A DNA stretch of 28,935 nucleotides from Hyphomicrobiales bacterium (GTDB lineage: Bacteria > Pseudomonadota > Alphaproteobacteria > Rhizobiales > Beijerinckiaceae), in assembly GCA_031377545.1 (NCBI GenBank), contig JANMFA010000141.1:1-28935 (forward strand). Direction: 5' to 3'. Made by a program: the position numbers and the translations under genes. Below are positions 8,199 through 16,591 of this stretch, one piece after another; positions within the stretch are counted from its first letter, which is position 1, and each line of letters opens with the position of its first letter. A model generated the notes under the pieces. It was not told the origin of the DNA, searched no databases, and was given only the letters and a program-made list of their open reading frames with translations.

Positions 8199-8930
8199 TC
8201 AGCCATCGCGCTGTTTCAGGCCTTCGGCCACCAGCCGGTTCGTCGCGGTTTCGATGGCGTCCTTGAGGCGCTCGAAGAACTCTTCCTTCGGTAGTCCCGG
8301 AGGAATCGGCGGGAGAAATTCCATCACGATGGTGCCGGGATACTTGAGAAAGGTCCGCCGCGGCCAGAAAACGCCGGCGTTGATGGCGACCGGTACAACC
8401 GGCGTGTTCAGCGCCTCGTACATGTGGGCCACGCCGAATTTGTAGCTGGGTTCAGCACCGACCGGCCGCCGGGTCCCTTCGGGGAAGATCAGCAATTGCC
8501 CACCCTCGGCAATGGCCAGCGCCGCCGCCTTGTTCATCGCCGCTATGGCATCGATCCGCTTGCCGCGGTTGATTGGCACCTGTCCGGTCCGCATGAGATA
8601 GAGCCCGAAAAGCGGCACCCACATCAACTCGCGTTTCAGAATATAGCGGGGTGCCGGAAAGGACGCGGCCAGCGCCATCGTTTCCCACGCCGACTGATGC
8701 TTTGCCGCCACCATGCAGCCGCCGGCGGGAATGTTCTCACGCCCCCGAAACTCCATCTTCACACCGCAGATCACGGAGTGCAGCCAGAGATTGCACCAGC
8801 ACCAGGGGTGCAGAAGCCACAGGAAGATCAGCCTGCGCGGCAGCAGCAGCATCGGCAGCGCGAGCACGAACCACAGGATGTTGTTGATGACGAAGACGAT
8901 GTTGAAGATCAGGGATCTCAGAACGAGCAT
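8199..8930 (-). CDS. plsC: 1-acyl-sn-glycerol-3-phosphate acyltransferase
   Basis: AKHQSAWET (HxxxxD/E block I), ILKREL, PINRG, IFPEGTR. Confidence 0.9.
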   Translation of the reverse strand: MLVLRSLIFNIVFVINNILWFVLALPMLLLPRRLIFLWLLHPWCWCNLWLHSVICGVKMEFRGRENIPAGGCMVAAKHQSAWETMALAASFPAPRYILKRELMWVPLFGLYLMRTGQVPINRGKRIDAIAAMNKAAALAIAEGGQLLIFPEGTRRPVGAEPSYKFGVAHMYEALNTPVVPVAINAGVFWPRRTFLKYPGTIVMEFLPPIPPGLPKEEFFERLKDAIETATNRLVAEGLKQRDG

Positions 8931-8961
8931 GGGCCTGCCGCATGTTGCGGGAGCCCGTCGC

Positions 8962-9699
8962 TCAGAGCGAGGCCGGCCGCCGGTGGGTGTCAGCGGTGAT
9001 CTCGTCCGACCGGGCCGGTGTCGTCAAGCGGGCACGCGCGTAAGCCACCACGAACTTTGCATATTCCTGTCCCAGAATGCGCAGAAGCGGTGGATCACGC
9101 CAGATTTGCATCCCGTGCAGGCGTTCCGTCACCACCGGTGCCGCAATGAACTCGGTTTCCGGCATGTGCCGCCGCAGTTCGAGGAGCGCGCGGGGCATAT
9201 GATAGCTGGATGTCACGACCACCAGCGAGCGATATCCCTTGCCCAGCGCCCAGCGTCGGGTCTCCAGCGCATTGCCGACCGTATTGCGCGCCTGATGATC
9301 GAGATCGACACAGCAGGTCAGCCAGCTCTTCAGCCGGGGAGCTTTCTGCACGAGCTGATCGACGGAGACCTGCGTGCTGACTCCACTGATCAGAAGCCTC
9401 TCGCCACGTCCCTGCGCCAGCCAGCCGACGGCATCGGGGATGCGGTCGACGCCGCCCGTCAAGGCCACGATGGCATCGCCCCTGGGCAGCGATCGTGGCT
9501 CCAGACGGTCCAGTGATGACACGAAACCGACAAACCCGCAGATACCGGCAAGGGAGCCAAGCGCCAGCAGGATCACGCCTGCGCGAACCCACCGGCCAAT
9601 CTGGCGGGGGTCGGGGCCGTCATGCCGGGCAGTCAATCGCCCTGATACAAGACCTGCATCCATCGCAGAGGTATGTCCCTTCAAATCGGGCCATAGCAT
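8962..9699 (-). CDS. YdcF/DUF218 (ElyC/SanA-like) protein
   Basis: N-terminal TM helix, VALTGG..RI, LLISG, ARNTVGNA, VVVTSSYHMPRA. Start uncertain; ATG near 9663 is an alternative. Confidence 0.87.
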   Translation of the reverse strand: MLWPDLKGHTSAMDAGLVSGRLTARHDGPDPRQIGRWVRAGVILLALGSLAGICGFVGFVSSLDRLEPRSLPRGDAIVALTGGVDRIPDAVGWLAQGRGERLLISGVSTQVSVDQLVQKAPRLKSWLTCCVDLDHQARNTVGNALETRRWALGKGYRSLVVVTSSYHMPRALLELRRHMPETEFIAAPVVTERLHGMQIWRDPPLLRILGQEYAKFVVAYARARLTTPARSDEITADTHRRPASL

Positions 9700-9719
9700 G
9701 GCGACGTCGCGGCGATGGA

Positions 9720-10664
9720 TCAGTCAAGGCCTCTCAGGTTGCGGTAAACCGTGATCCGCGAGACGATGGCTGTCGTGATCGCCACGATGAAGGCAATGAC
9801 CACCACTGCAAGATAACCACGCAATCCTAAAGCAAAGGTTCCAAAAAGCGCCTCCAGCTGGTCGCCACCTGGCGTGGCATTCCAGCGCGCTGCGGTGAAA
9901 CCCGCGAACCAGAACGTCAGCATCGCTGCCGCCCCGCCGATGGCCCCGCCACGCAGGCCGAGCCGGAGAAAATGCTTCTGGAATTCCCGCGCGATGAAGT
10001 CATCGGATGCACCGACAAGGTTGAGCACCTCGATGATATCGCGGTTGCCCGCCATCGCGCCGCGCGTGGCGAAGGCGATCGCCAGCGCTGTCGCGATCAG
10101 CACCAGAACCATGATCAGCACGCCGACGACGACCATGGCGCTGGCCATGGCCCCCAGCCGCTGCAGCCACATCCTGTGGTCATCCAGCGTGGCAGATGGT
10201 GTCTGTTCCGCCAGCTGTCGCCTGAGAGCGGCAAAGTCCGGCCTGCCGCTGACCTTGAGCTCGATCAGGCGTGGCACGGGCAATTCCGCGATATCGAGCC
10301 CGGCACCAAGCCATGGCTCCAGCAAGCGCTCTGATTCCCGTTTGTCATAGACCTTCACGTCGCCCACGCCCGGTGTGGCGCGGGCAAGGACCTCGGCACG
10401 CGTCACATCCTGGTCGATGTTGCGCCCCTGCCGTGGCCGCACCTGAATCGTGGCCTCGCGGGAAATGTCGGCGCGCCAACTGGTCGAGGCGGACGCCACA
10501 AGCTCGACGGTTCCAGCCGTCATGGAGGCCAGGAACGTCATGATGGCGACAACAATCACCAGCGCCTTGCCAGCAATGCTTCCCGCCGCCAGCAGGGAGG
10601 TTTCCCGCCGGGCTGGCTGGCCATCCGGCCGTGGCGGCAGGGTCTGGGAGGTCAGATCCGCCAT
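9720..10664 (-). CDS. ftsX: Cell-division ABC permease FtsX
   Basis: Four TM segments, periplasmic loop with VPRLIEL and LDDHRMW, IIEVLNLVGASDDFIAREF; directly downstream of ftsE. Confidence 0.92.
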   Translation of the reverse strand: MADLTSQTLPPRPDGQPARRETSLLAAGSIAGKALVIVVAIMTFLASMTAGTVELVASASTSWRADISREATIQVRPRQGRNIDQDVTRAEVLARATPGVGDVKVYDKRESERLLEPWLGAGLDIAELPVPRLIELKVSGRPDFAALRRQLAEQTPSATLDDHRMWLQRLGAMASAMVVVGVLIMVLVLIATALAIAFATRGAMAGNRDIIEVLNLVGASDDFIAREFQKHFLRLGLRGGAIGGAAAMLTFWFAGFTAARWNATPGGDQLEALFGTFALGLRGYLAVVVIAFIVAITTAIVSRITVYRNLRGLD

Positions 10665-10668
10665 CCCG

Positions 10669-11331
10669 TTATTCTTCGATCCGCATGCGGCCTTCGGTCA
10701 GCACCAGCCGTCTCTCCGGGATCTGGTCCATCAGGGCCCAGTCATGGGTGGCCATGACGATGGCCGTGCCCAGCTTGTTGAGCTCGATGAACAGCCGGAC
10801 CAGCCGCTTGGCCAGAACGGGATCGACGTTGCCCGTCGGCTCATCCGCCAGCAAAAGCTCCGGCCGCACGATCAGTGCGCGGGCGATCGCCGTGCGCTGC
10901 TTCTCGCCACCCGACAGGATGCTGGGCGGCACATACATCCGTTCGCCCAGCCCCACCCAGCGCAAAAGTTCGATCACCTCCGAGCGGTAGCTGTCCTCGC
11001 TCTTGCCCTGCACTCTGAGCGGCAGGGCGACATTCTCGTAGGTGGTCAGATGGTCGAGCAGGCGGAAATCCTGCAGCACGACGCCCACCTTGCGGCGCAG
11101 CGCGGTGACCTTGTCCTTGTTCATCCGTCCGACATCCTCGCCGAAGAGATGCACAAGACCCCTGGTCGGTTTCAGATTGGCCAGCATCATCCTGAGCAGC
11201 GTGGTCTTGCCGGAGCCGGATGGACCCGACAGGAACTGGAACGACTTCGGCTTGATGTCGAACGACAGGTCCCTGAGAATCTCCGCGCCCAGCCCGTATC
11301 GCAAACCGACATTTTCGAAACGGACCAGCAT
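10669..11331 (-). CDS. ftsE: Cell-division ATP-binding protein FtsE
   Basis: Walker A GPSGSGKTT, QDFRLL, ENVALPL, LSGGEKQR, Walker B LLLADEPTGNVD, ATHD. Confidence 0.95.
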   Translation of the reverse strand: MLVRFENVGLRYGLGAEILRDLSFDIKPKSFQFLSGPSGSGKTTLLRMMLANLKPTRGLVHLFGEDVGRMNKDKVTALRRKVGVVLQDFRLLDHLTTYENVALPLRVQGKSEDSYRSEVIELLRWVGLGERMYVPPSILSGGEKQRTAIARALIVRPELLLADEPTGNVDPVLAKRLVRLFIELNKLGTAIVMATHDWALMDQIPERRLVLTEGRMRIEE

Positions 11332-11404
11332 CGCTTTGAATCAGAGCCTTTTCTGTGGCGAACCCGCCAAAACATCGAATCAGGATGGCACAGGATGAGC
11401 GCCT

Positions 11405-11423
11405 TTAACGGGGGATTAACCAT
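11405..11423 (+). promoter_or_regulatory. CtrA-binding site
   Basis: TTAA-CGGGGGA-TTAAC (11405-11420) is an exact TTAA-N7-TTAAC match; the right half extends to TTAACCAT. Lies between divergent ftsE and the zinc-ribbon gene. Confidence 0.85.
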
Positions 11424-11526
11424 ATTCGGAGGACGAAGCACAGGTAGGATGACGATGATCGACCGGCAGATGCTTTCAGCCTCCCGATCAACGCTGTACG
11501 ACAGTTGGTTTTTGACAGGGTGACCG

Positions 11527-12360
11527 ATGGATATCGTCTGCCCGGATTGCGCGGCAGTTTACGAAATCGAGGACGCGTCCGTGACAGAGTCGGGGCGCAA
11601 GGTGCGCTGTGCTGCCTGCAGCACAGTCTGGCGGGTTTTCCCGCCAGGCTACGATCCCGCCACCGGCGAAAAATTGCCAGATGTTCCGGCGGTTGCCGAA
11701 GCCCCGACATTGCGCGAGTCCACGGATGAAGCCGTTGCCTCTCCGGCATTGACGGAACAGCCGGAGATTGCGGCGGACTCGGATGCTGCGGACGCTCGCC
11801 GGACTGCGGCAGCTGTCGCGGCAGATGACCCGGCACCCCCGACCCCTTCCCCGCGCCGTGCAAAATGGAGCCGGTACACGCCATCCGTCGGCCAGGGTAT
11901 TTCCATCAAAGGCAAGCTCCTGGGCTGGCCCGCCGGAGCGATGGCTGCTGCCATCCTGATCACGATTGCAGGGCTGCACCAGCGTCAGCGCGTGGTGAAA
12001 TACCTGCCGCAGACGGCTGGGCTCTACGCCGCCATCGGCCTGCCCGTGAACCTGCGTGGCATCACGATCAACAATGTTGCCAGCCGCATGATCGATGACA
12101 ATGGTGTCACGGTCCTGATCATTGATGGAGACCTCATCAATACCACCGACCAGAGTGTCCGGCTACCACGGCTGCGGTTCGCCGTGCTCGGCAAGGACCG
12201 GCAGGAGATCTATGCATGGTCAGCGCAAACCGACCAGACCAGCCTCAAGCCCGGTGAGAAGATCAATTTCCGGCGCAGGCTGGCTGCTCCCCCGGCGGAT
12301 GGTCAGGATGTCAGCGTGCGCTTCATCACCGCTTCTGATATCACAGCCGGGTTCAAGTAG
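11527..12360 (+). CDS. Zinc-ribbon (MJ0042-type) + TM + DUF3426 protein, ZitP-like
   Basis: CPDC..(YEI)..GRKVRCAAC zinc ribbon, acidic/Pro linker, one TM helix, then LYAAIGLPVNLRG..PGE..F..RL..PP DUF3426-like domain; divergent from ftsE. Confidence 0.85.
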   Translation: MDIVCPDCAAVYEIEDASVTESGRKVRCAACSTVWRVFPPGYDPATGEKLPDVPAVAEAPTLRESTDEAVASPALTEQPEIAADSDAADARRTAAAVAADDPAPPTPSPRRAKWSRYTPSVGQGISIKGKLLGWPAGAMAAAILITIAGLHQRQRVVKYLPQTAGLYAAIGLPVNLRGITINNVASRMIDDNGVTVLIIDGDLINTTDQSVRLPRLRFAVLGKDRQEIYAWSAQTDQTSLKPGEKINFRRRLAAPPADGQDVSVRFITASDITAGFK

Positions 12361-12372
12361 AGGTTTCCTGCC

Positions 12373-12942
12373 ATGTCCGGACCATCCAGCCGCACCATCC
12401 GTGTTCTCTTTGATGAAGCCCGTATCGCGCGTCGAATCGACGAACTCGCTGGCGCGATCAAGGCCAGCGAACCGCATGATCTGCTCGTTGTTGCTGTTTT
12501 GAAGGGCAGCTTCATGTTTGCCGCCGATCTGATCCGCGCCATGCACCGCATCGGCATGGCACCGCAGGTCGAGTTCATCCATCTGTCCAGCTACAAGACC
12601 GGCACGGTTTCCACCGGCAAGGTCGATATCCTGCGCGACATCGACAGCACCGTGGAAGGCCGTGACGTGATTCTGGTCGATGACATTCTCGAGTCGGGCC
12701 GGACTCTCGCCTTCGCCAAGGATCTGATCATGGCACGCGGCGCCAAATCAGCCGATATCTGCGTGCTGCTGGAAAAGCCGGGGAAGCGCGCCGTCAGCAT
12801 CAATGCCGAGCACGTGGGGTTTGTCTGTCCCGATCTCTTCGTCGTTGGTTACGGCATGGACGTGGCCCATGCCTATCGTCAGCTGCCGTATGTGGGCGTT
12901 GTCGAGCATCTGGCGGATGACAAGCAACTCGAGATGATCTGA
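12373..12942 (+). CDS. hpt: Hypoxanthine phosphoribosyltransferase
   Basis: VLKGSFMFAADLIR, LSSY, PRPP motif VILVDDILESGRTL, FVVGYGMD. Confidence 0.93.
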   Translation: MSGPSSRTIRVLFDEARIARRIDELAGAIKASEPHDLLVVAVLKGSFMFAADLIRAMHRIGMAPQVEFIHLSSYKTGTVSTGKVDILRDIDSTVEGRDVILVDDILESGRTLAFAKDLIMARGAKSADICVLLEKPGKRAVSINAEHVGFVCPDLFVVGYGMDVAHAYRQLPYVGVVEHLADDKQLEMI

Positions 12943-12951
12943 GGAATACCA

Positions 12952-13344
12952 ATGGCGCGAATCCTGATTGCGGAAGATGACGAGCCGGTGCGCGGCTTCG
13001 TGAAGCGGGCGCTGGAGATGGACGGACATCAGGTCACCGCCGAAGCCGATGGGGCGGCGGCACTTGACCGCCTGAACGAGGAGCGCGGCGCATTCGACAT
13101 GATCCTGTCGGACATCCGCATGCCCCTGATGGACGGTATCGCCCTTGCCCTGACGGCGGGCCGGGACTTTCCCGATCTGCCGATCCTGCTGATGACCGGC
13201 TTTGCCGATCAGCGCGAGCGCGCCCACGACCTTGATGCGATCATCGAGGATGTGGTGACAAAGCCTTTCTCGCTCGCCGAAATCCGCGCTGCCGTGGACA
13301 AGGTTCTGGCTGGCGGCAAACGCGGGGCGTCTGCCCGGACATAG
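12952..13344 (+). CDS. Single-domain response regulator, CpdR2-type
   Basis: ILIAEDD, phosphoacceptor in LSDIRMP, LMTGFADQRERA, TKPF; no output domain; GAGGA RBS. Confidence 0.88.
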   Translation: MARILIAEDDEPVRGFVKRALEMDGHQVTAEADGAAALDRLNEERGAFDMILSDIRMPLMDGIALALTAGRDFPDLPILLMTGFADQRERAHDLDAIIEDVVTKPFSLAEIRAAVDKVLAGGKRGASART

Positions 13345-13356
13345 CCCAGCCAGCCG

Positions 13357-14781
13357 CTACAGACCGCAGATCAAGGCCACTACACTGTCGCGCCTTGCCG
13401 CTGCGACGCTGCCAGCGGCTTTCGCTTGATCGGACCTTGCCAGCGTGATGCTGTTTTTCTGCAGGAAAGCGCCAATTTCGTCGGCTGTCGCGAAACGATA
13501 GCGCGCGGCAGGTACCACGCCGGCCACCTGCCGACGCGCTCCGGGGTCGTCCACCACGATGCCTGCAAGCGCGCCCGATCCGTCGAAAAGCGCAGCGCCC
13601 GCACTGCCCGGCTGAAGCGGAGCCGCGATCCGGTTGGTGCCGACAGCGATGGCTTCCGCGAAGATGCCACCAGGTGCCGCGCCGCTCCAGGCCTGCCCGA
13701 CCATCGTCAATGCCGAATCGGCCCGCACGGCACCGCCCATGGACAGTACCGCACCGGCTCGCGCCAGGCCGTCCGTCTTCAGCAGGGACAGTCCCAGGGT
13801 GCCATCCGATGCCACGACGCGGGCCACCAGCTTGCGTGGTCCGGCCGTTATCATCCTGCAATCCTTCACGCCTGCTTCCGATGTCAGGACATGGCCACCA
13901 TCAAGAACAAGACCCGACGCGAGCCGCTCGCGGGGTGTCGCGGGCGCTTGCACAAGCGGGACCGCTGGCACCGGCGGCGGACGCTGCGCTGTTGAGGGGG
14001 CGATTGCTGCCGGAAACGGCTCGAAACTGTTGGCGACCGAGATCACCAGCCGGTCCATGTCGGAGGCCATCGTCTTGTCGTAGCCCACCGCGAAGCCGCG
14101 AATAACGCCGTCGCCGCCAAGTGTCATGCGGCGGTAGAACTTGCCTGTCGGTGTTTCCCCCGCCACCACGAAAAAATCCGGGCGGAGCAGCTTGTAAGTG
14201 ACCTTGCGGGCGGGGTTGCTCGAGACAATGGCCTTGTCATACTGCTGCTGCAGCGTTTCGCCGCCAACGGCCAGCGTCGAGGTGTCGAGCGTGGCCTTGC
14301 CATCAGTGGATTGCCAGCGGCTGCCACCGGTCGCATTGGGCTCCCGTTTTGTAAAGATGCTTTGCGGAATGCCGATCTTCACGCCCGAGCGCTGATCGTC
14401 CAGCACGGCGAATTTCAGGGCGGTACGGGCCGTCCGCGCCTTGGTTGCGAGCAACTGGCGTGCCGGGGGCGTCAGGATGCCATCGACAGCAAGTGCATTC
14501 TCGCGCTGGAAATTCTGGATGCCATTGAAAGTCAGCGTGCCGAATGTGCCAAGAGCCGCTCCGTTGAACGTGGTCGCGAACCCCAGATCCTGCTGGATGG
14601 CCTTGCGCTCGGCTTCCGGCAAGGCCTCGAACACCTGCTGCGCCGCGACGAGCCGGGGATCGGGCGGTGGCACAGGGCGCGCCTGTCCGGGCGCTGCGGG
14701 CAGCGGCGTCTGCGCCATCACAGGAAGCGCCAGCACCGTCAGAAGAAGGGCGGCTGTCAGGACATGTGGTCTGGATCTCAT
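13357..14781 (-). CDS. Secreted peptidoglycan-binding-domain + trypsin-like-domain protein, apparently catalytically inactive
   Basis: Sec signal (..LPVMA-Q); PG_binding_1-like IQQDLG..G.FG..T..GIQNFQ....VDGIL; C-terminal trypsin fold with VLTSEAGV, LGLSLLK and PGSAGAAL at the His/Asp/Ser positions. Confidence 0.8.
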   Translation of the reverse strand: MRSRPHVLTAALLLTVLALPVMAQTPLPAAPGQARPVPPPDPRLVAAQQVFEALPEAERKAIQQDLGFATTFNGAALGTFGTLTFNGIQNFQRENALAVDGILTPPARQLLATKARTARTALKFAVLDDQRSGVKIGIPQSIFTKREPNATGGSRWQSTDGKATLDTSTLAVGGETLQQQYDKAIVSSNPARKVTYKLLRPDFFVVAGETPTGKFYRRMTLGGDGVIRGFAVGYDKTMASDMDRLVISVANSFEPFPAAIAPSTAQRPPPVPAVPLVQAPATPRERLASGLVLDGGHVLTSEAGVKDCRMITAGPRKLVARVVASDGTLGLSLLKTDGLARAGAVLSMGGAVRADSALTMVGQAWSGAAPGGIFAEAIAVGTNRIAAPLQPGSAGAALFDGSGALAGIVVDDPGARRQVAGVVPAARYRFATADEIGAFLQKNSITLARSDQAKAAGSVAAARRDSVVALICGL

Positions 14782-14792
14782 TGCATTTGCCC

Positions 14793-15044
14793 TCAATCCG
14801 CTGTCGGCAACCGGCGCATGGTGAACTCGATCGTGTCGCCCTCGAGCACACGCCAGCTCTCCACCTCAGTCATGTAAGCCGCTTTTGGAAAGCGGGAGAA
14901 CAATTCGCGGGCTTTTTCCCGTGCTGCCTCGCGGGGCAGGGTGAAGGTCTCGCGCCGCCATTGGCTTTCATTTGTTGCCCGCGCAAGCCCTTGCCGTGCC
15001 CGCATCGCAAGATCACGTGGGAAGCGCTCGACCCGGGTTGTCAT
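14793..15044 (-). CDS. Small hypothetical protein (83 aa)
   Basis: Fills the gap between cca and the PG-binding gene on the same strand; RRETFTLPR..AR..A..LF.RFPKAAYMTEVESWR...D.IEFTMRRLPTAD resembles a conserved rhizobial hypothetical protein (recollection). Confidence 0.75.
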   Translation of the reverse strand: MTTRVERFPRDLAMRARQGLARATNESQWRRETFTLPREAAREKARELFSRFPKAAYMTEVESWRVLEGDTIEFTMRRLPTAD

Positions 15045-15096
15045 GGGGAAACTCCACGCCACACGGACCCGAACGTGCTACCCCTGCGGCAAGGAG

Positions 15097-16371
15097 TCAA
15101 TCCGCCGTTGTCTGCATCGCCTGCCGGAGCATGGCTGCGTGACGCGGCGGATCGTCGGGAAGGCCTTCCGCCAGCCAGAGATCACCCGCCATCTTCAGGA
15201 TTCGTCCCATGCGGGGCCCGGGCGCGATTCCCAGCGCGGCGACATCGGCGCTGGAGAACGGATTAACCGGCGGATCACTCAACACAGTTGCCGCTGTCCG
15301 CAGACAGGCCAGAAGTGTTTTCGTGGAAAGCCGGGATCTGGCGGCATCAAGCATCAGCGCATCTTGAAAGGCATCGGGGCCAGCGCGAAACACAAGCGAA
15401 CGGATTGCGCTGGAATCCTGCAGAACCTGACACGCCTCGCGGGAAAACGCGTTGGCCGCAGTGATCCGTGCCTGATCGTGGTTGGACAGCTTGAGCGCGT
15501 CCTGCAGGTCCACAGCAGCACCTGCGAGCGCGGACAAACGCAGGATGGCATCCGGCGGTCGCTTCAGCCGTGTCTCGAGATGGGCGAAGTGCTGAAGCGC
15601 ACCGATATCCCATTCCACCCCCGGCAGGATCACGGTGCTGAAGCCGAGCATATCCATCCGTCGCAGGACATCGACCGCGCCTTTCGCCGCCAGCAGCTTC
15701 AGCAATTCCTGGCGGATACGCTCGCGCGACAGGCGGGTCATGCCCGCCTTCAGGTGACCGCAGGCCATCAGGCTCGTCTCGTCGAGATCACCGGCGCCAT
15801 GACTGGCGTGAAAGCGGAAAAACCGCAGGATGCGCAGGTAATCCTCCGCGATGCGCGTTTCGGCATCCCCCATGAAGCGCACCAGTCCTGCCTGCGCATC
15901 GGCGAGGCCTGTCGCGTAGTCATGCACGGTTCCATCCGGTGCCAGCGACAGCGCGTTGATCGTGAAATCCCGCCGGAAAGCATCCTCCGCGAAGTCGCGG
16001 GTGAAGGCTACGACGGCGCGGCGACCGTCGGTCTCGACATCACGGCGCAGCGTCGTCACTTCGTAGGGCGTTCGGTTGATGATGATGGTCACCGTGCCGT
16101 GGGCGAGCCCTGTCGGAACCACCTTCCAGCCCTCGCGGCGGGCAATGGCCATGACATCCTCGGGCAAGAGGGTGGTCGCCACGTCGATGTCGCCTGCGGG
16201 ATGGCGCATCAGCGCATCGCGCACCGCGCCACCAACGATTCGCGCTTCCTCACCTGCACAATTCAGCGCCGCCAGCAGCCGCGCGACATCGGGGCGCTGC
16301 AAAAGCGCTTTTGTCGACCGGTTATTGCGGCTTGAACTGGCCGGGAACAAAGGTGCCGTCCTTCTCCACAT
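15097..16371 (-). CDS. cca: CCA tRNA nucleotidyltransferase (class II)
   Basis: RIVGGAVRD, DIDVAT, TGLAHGTV, EVTTLRRDVETDGR, DAFRRDFTINAL, FMGDAETRIAEDYLRILRFFRF, LSRERI. Start is uncertain: ATG 16371 overlaps the upstream gene, and a later TTG is possible. Confidence 0.9.
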   Translation of the reverse strand: MWRRTAPLFPASSSRNNRSTKALLQRPDVARLLAALNCAGEEARIVGGAVRDALMRHPAGDIDVATTLLPEDVMAIARREGWKVVPTGLAHGTVTIIINRTPYEVTTLRRDVETDGRRAVVAFTRDFAEDAFRRDFTINALSLAPDGTVHDYATGLADAQAGLVRFMGDAETRIAEDYLRILRFFRFHASHGAGDLDETSLMACGHLKAGMTRLSRERIRQELLKLLAAKGAVDVLRRMDMLGFSTVILPGVEWDIGALQHFAHLETRLKRPPDAILRLSALAGAAVDLQDALKLSNHDQARITAANAFSREACQVLQDSSAIRSLVFRAGPDAFQDALMLDAARSRLSTKTLLACLRTAATVLSDPPVNPFSSADVAALGIAPGPRMGRILKMAGDLWLAEGLPDDPPRHAAMLRQAMQTTAD

Positions 16372-16591
16372 GGCTGGGCACGAAGGTGCCCTGCTCCAGT
16401 CTGCGCTGCGTTCCCAGGACCACAAAGCCGATGATGCACAATCCAAGTGCCGCGATCGTCAGCCACGACAGCGCCTTGCGCGACCACACCTCGGGATGCA
16501 GCGGATTCTGCCCCTCCAGAAGCAGATAGAGCGAAAATGCCACAAAGGGCATCGCGAACAAGAGCAAACCCTCAAGAATGGCGCGCAGCAT
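16322..16591 (-). CDS. DUF6111-like small membrane protein
   Basis: Two hydrophobic helices, then the conserved-looking tail GTFVPSHVEKDGTFVPGQF; located between the Nudix gene and cca. Confidence 0.8.
   Translation of the reverse strand: MLRAILEGLLLFAMPFVAFSLYLLLEGQNPLHPEVWSRKALSWLTIAALGLCIIGFVVLGTQRRLEQGTFVPSHVEKDGTFVPGQFKPQ

Noticed and set aside
11512-11517. Perfect TTGACA just upstream of the zinc-ribbon gene
   Set aside because: Only 9 nt from the ATG and no matching -10; it cannot be the -35 for this gene.
12952-13344. Calling the receiver the canonical cell-cycle cpdR
   Set aside because: Sequence after the conserved Thr and the position next to hpt fit the CpdR2-type paralogue as I recall it; gene symbol withheld.
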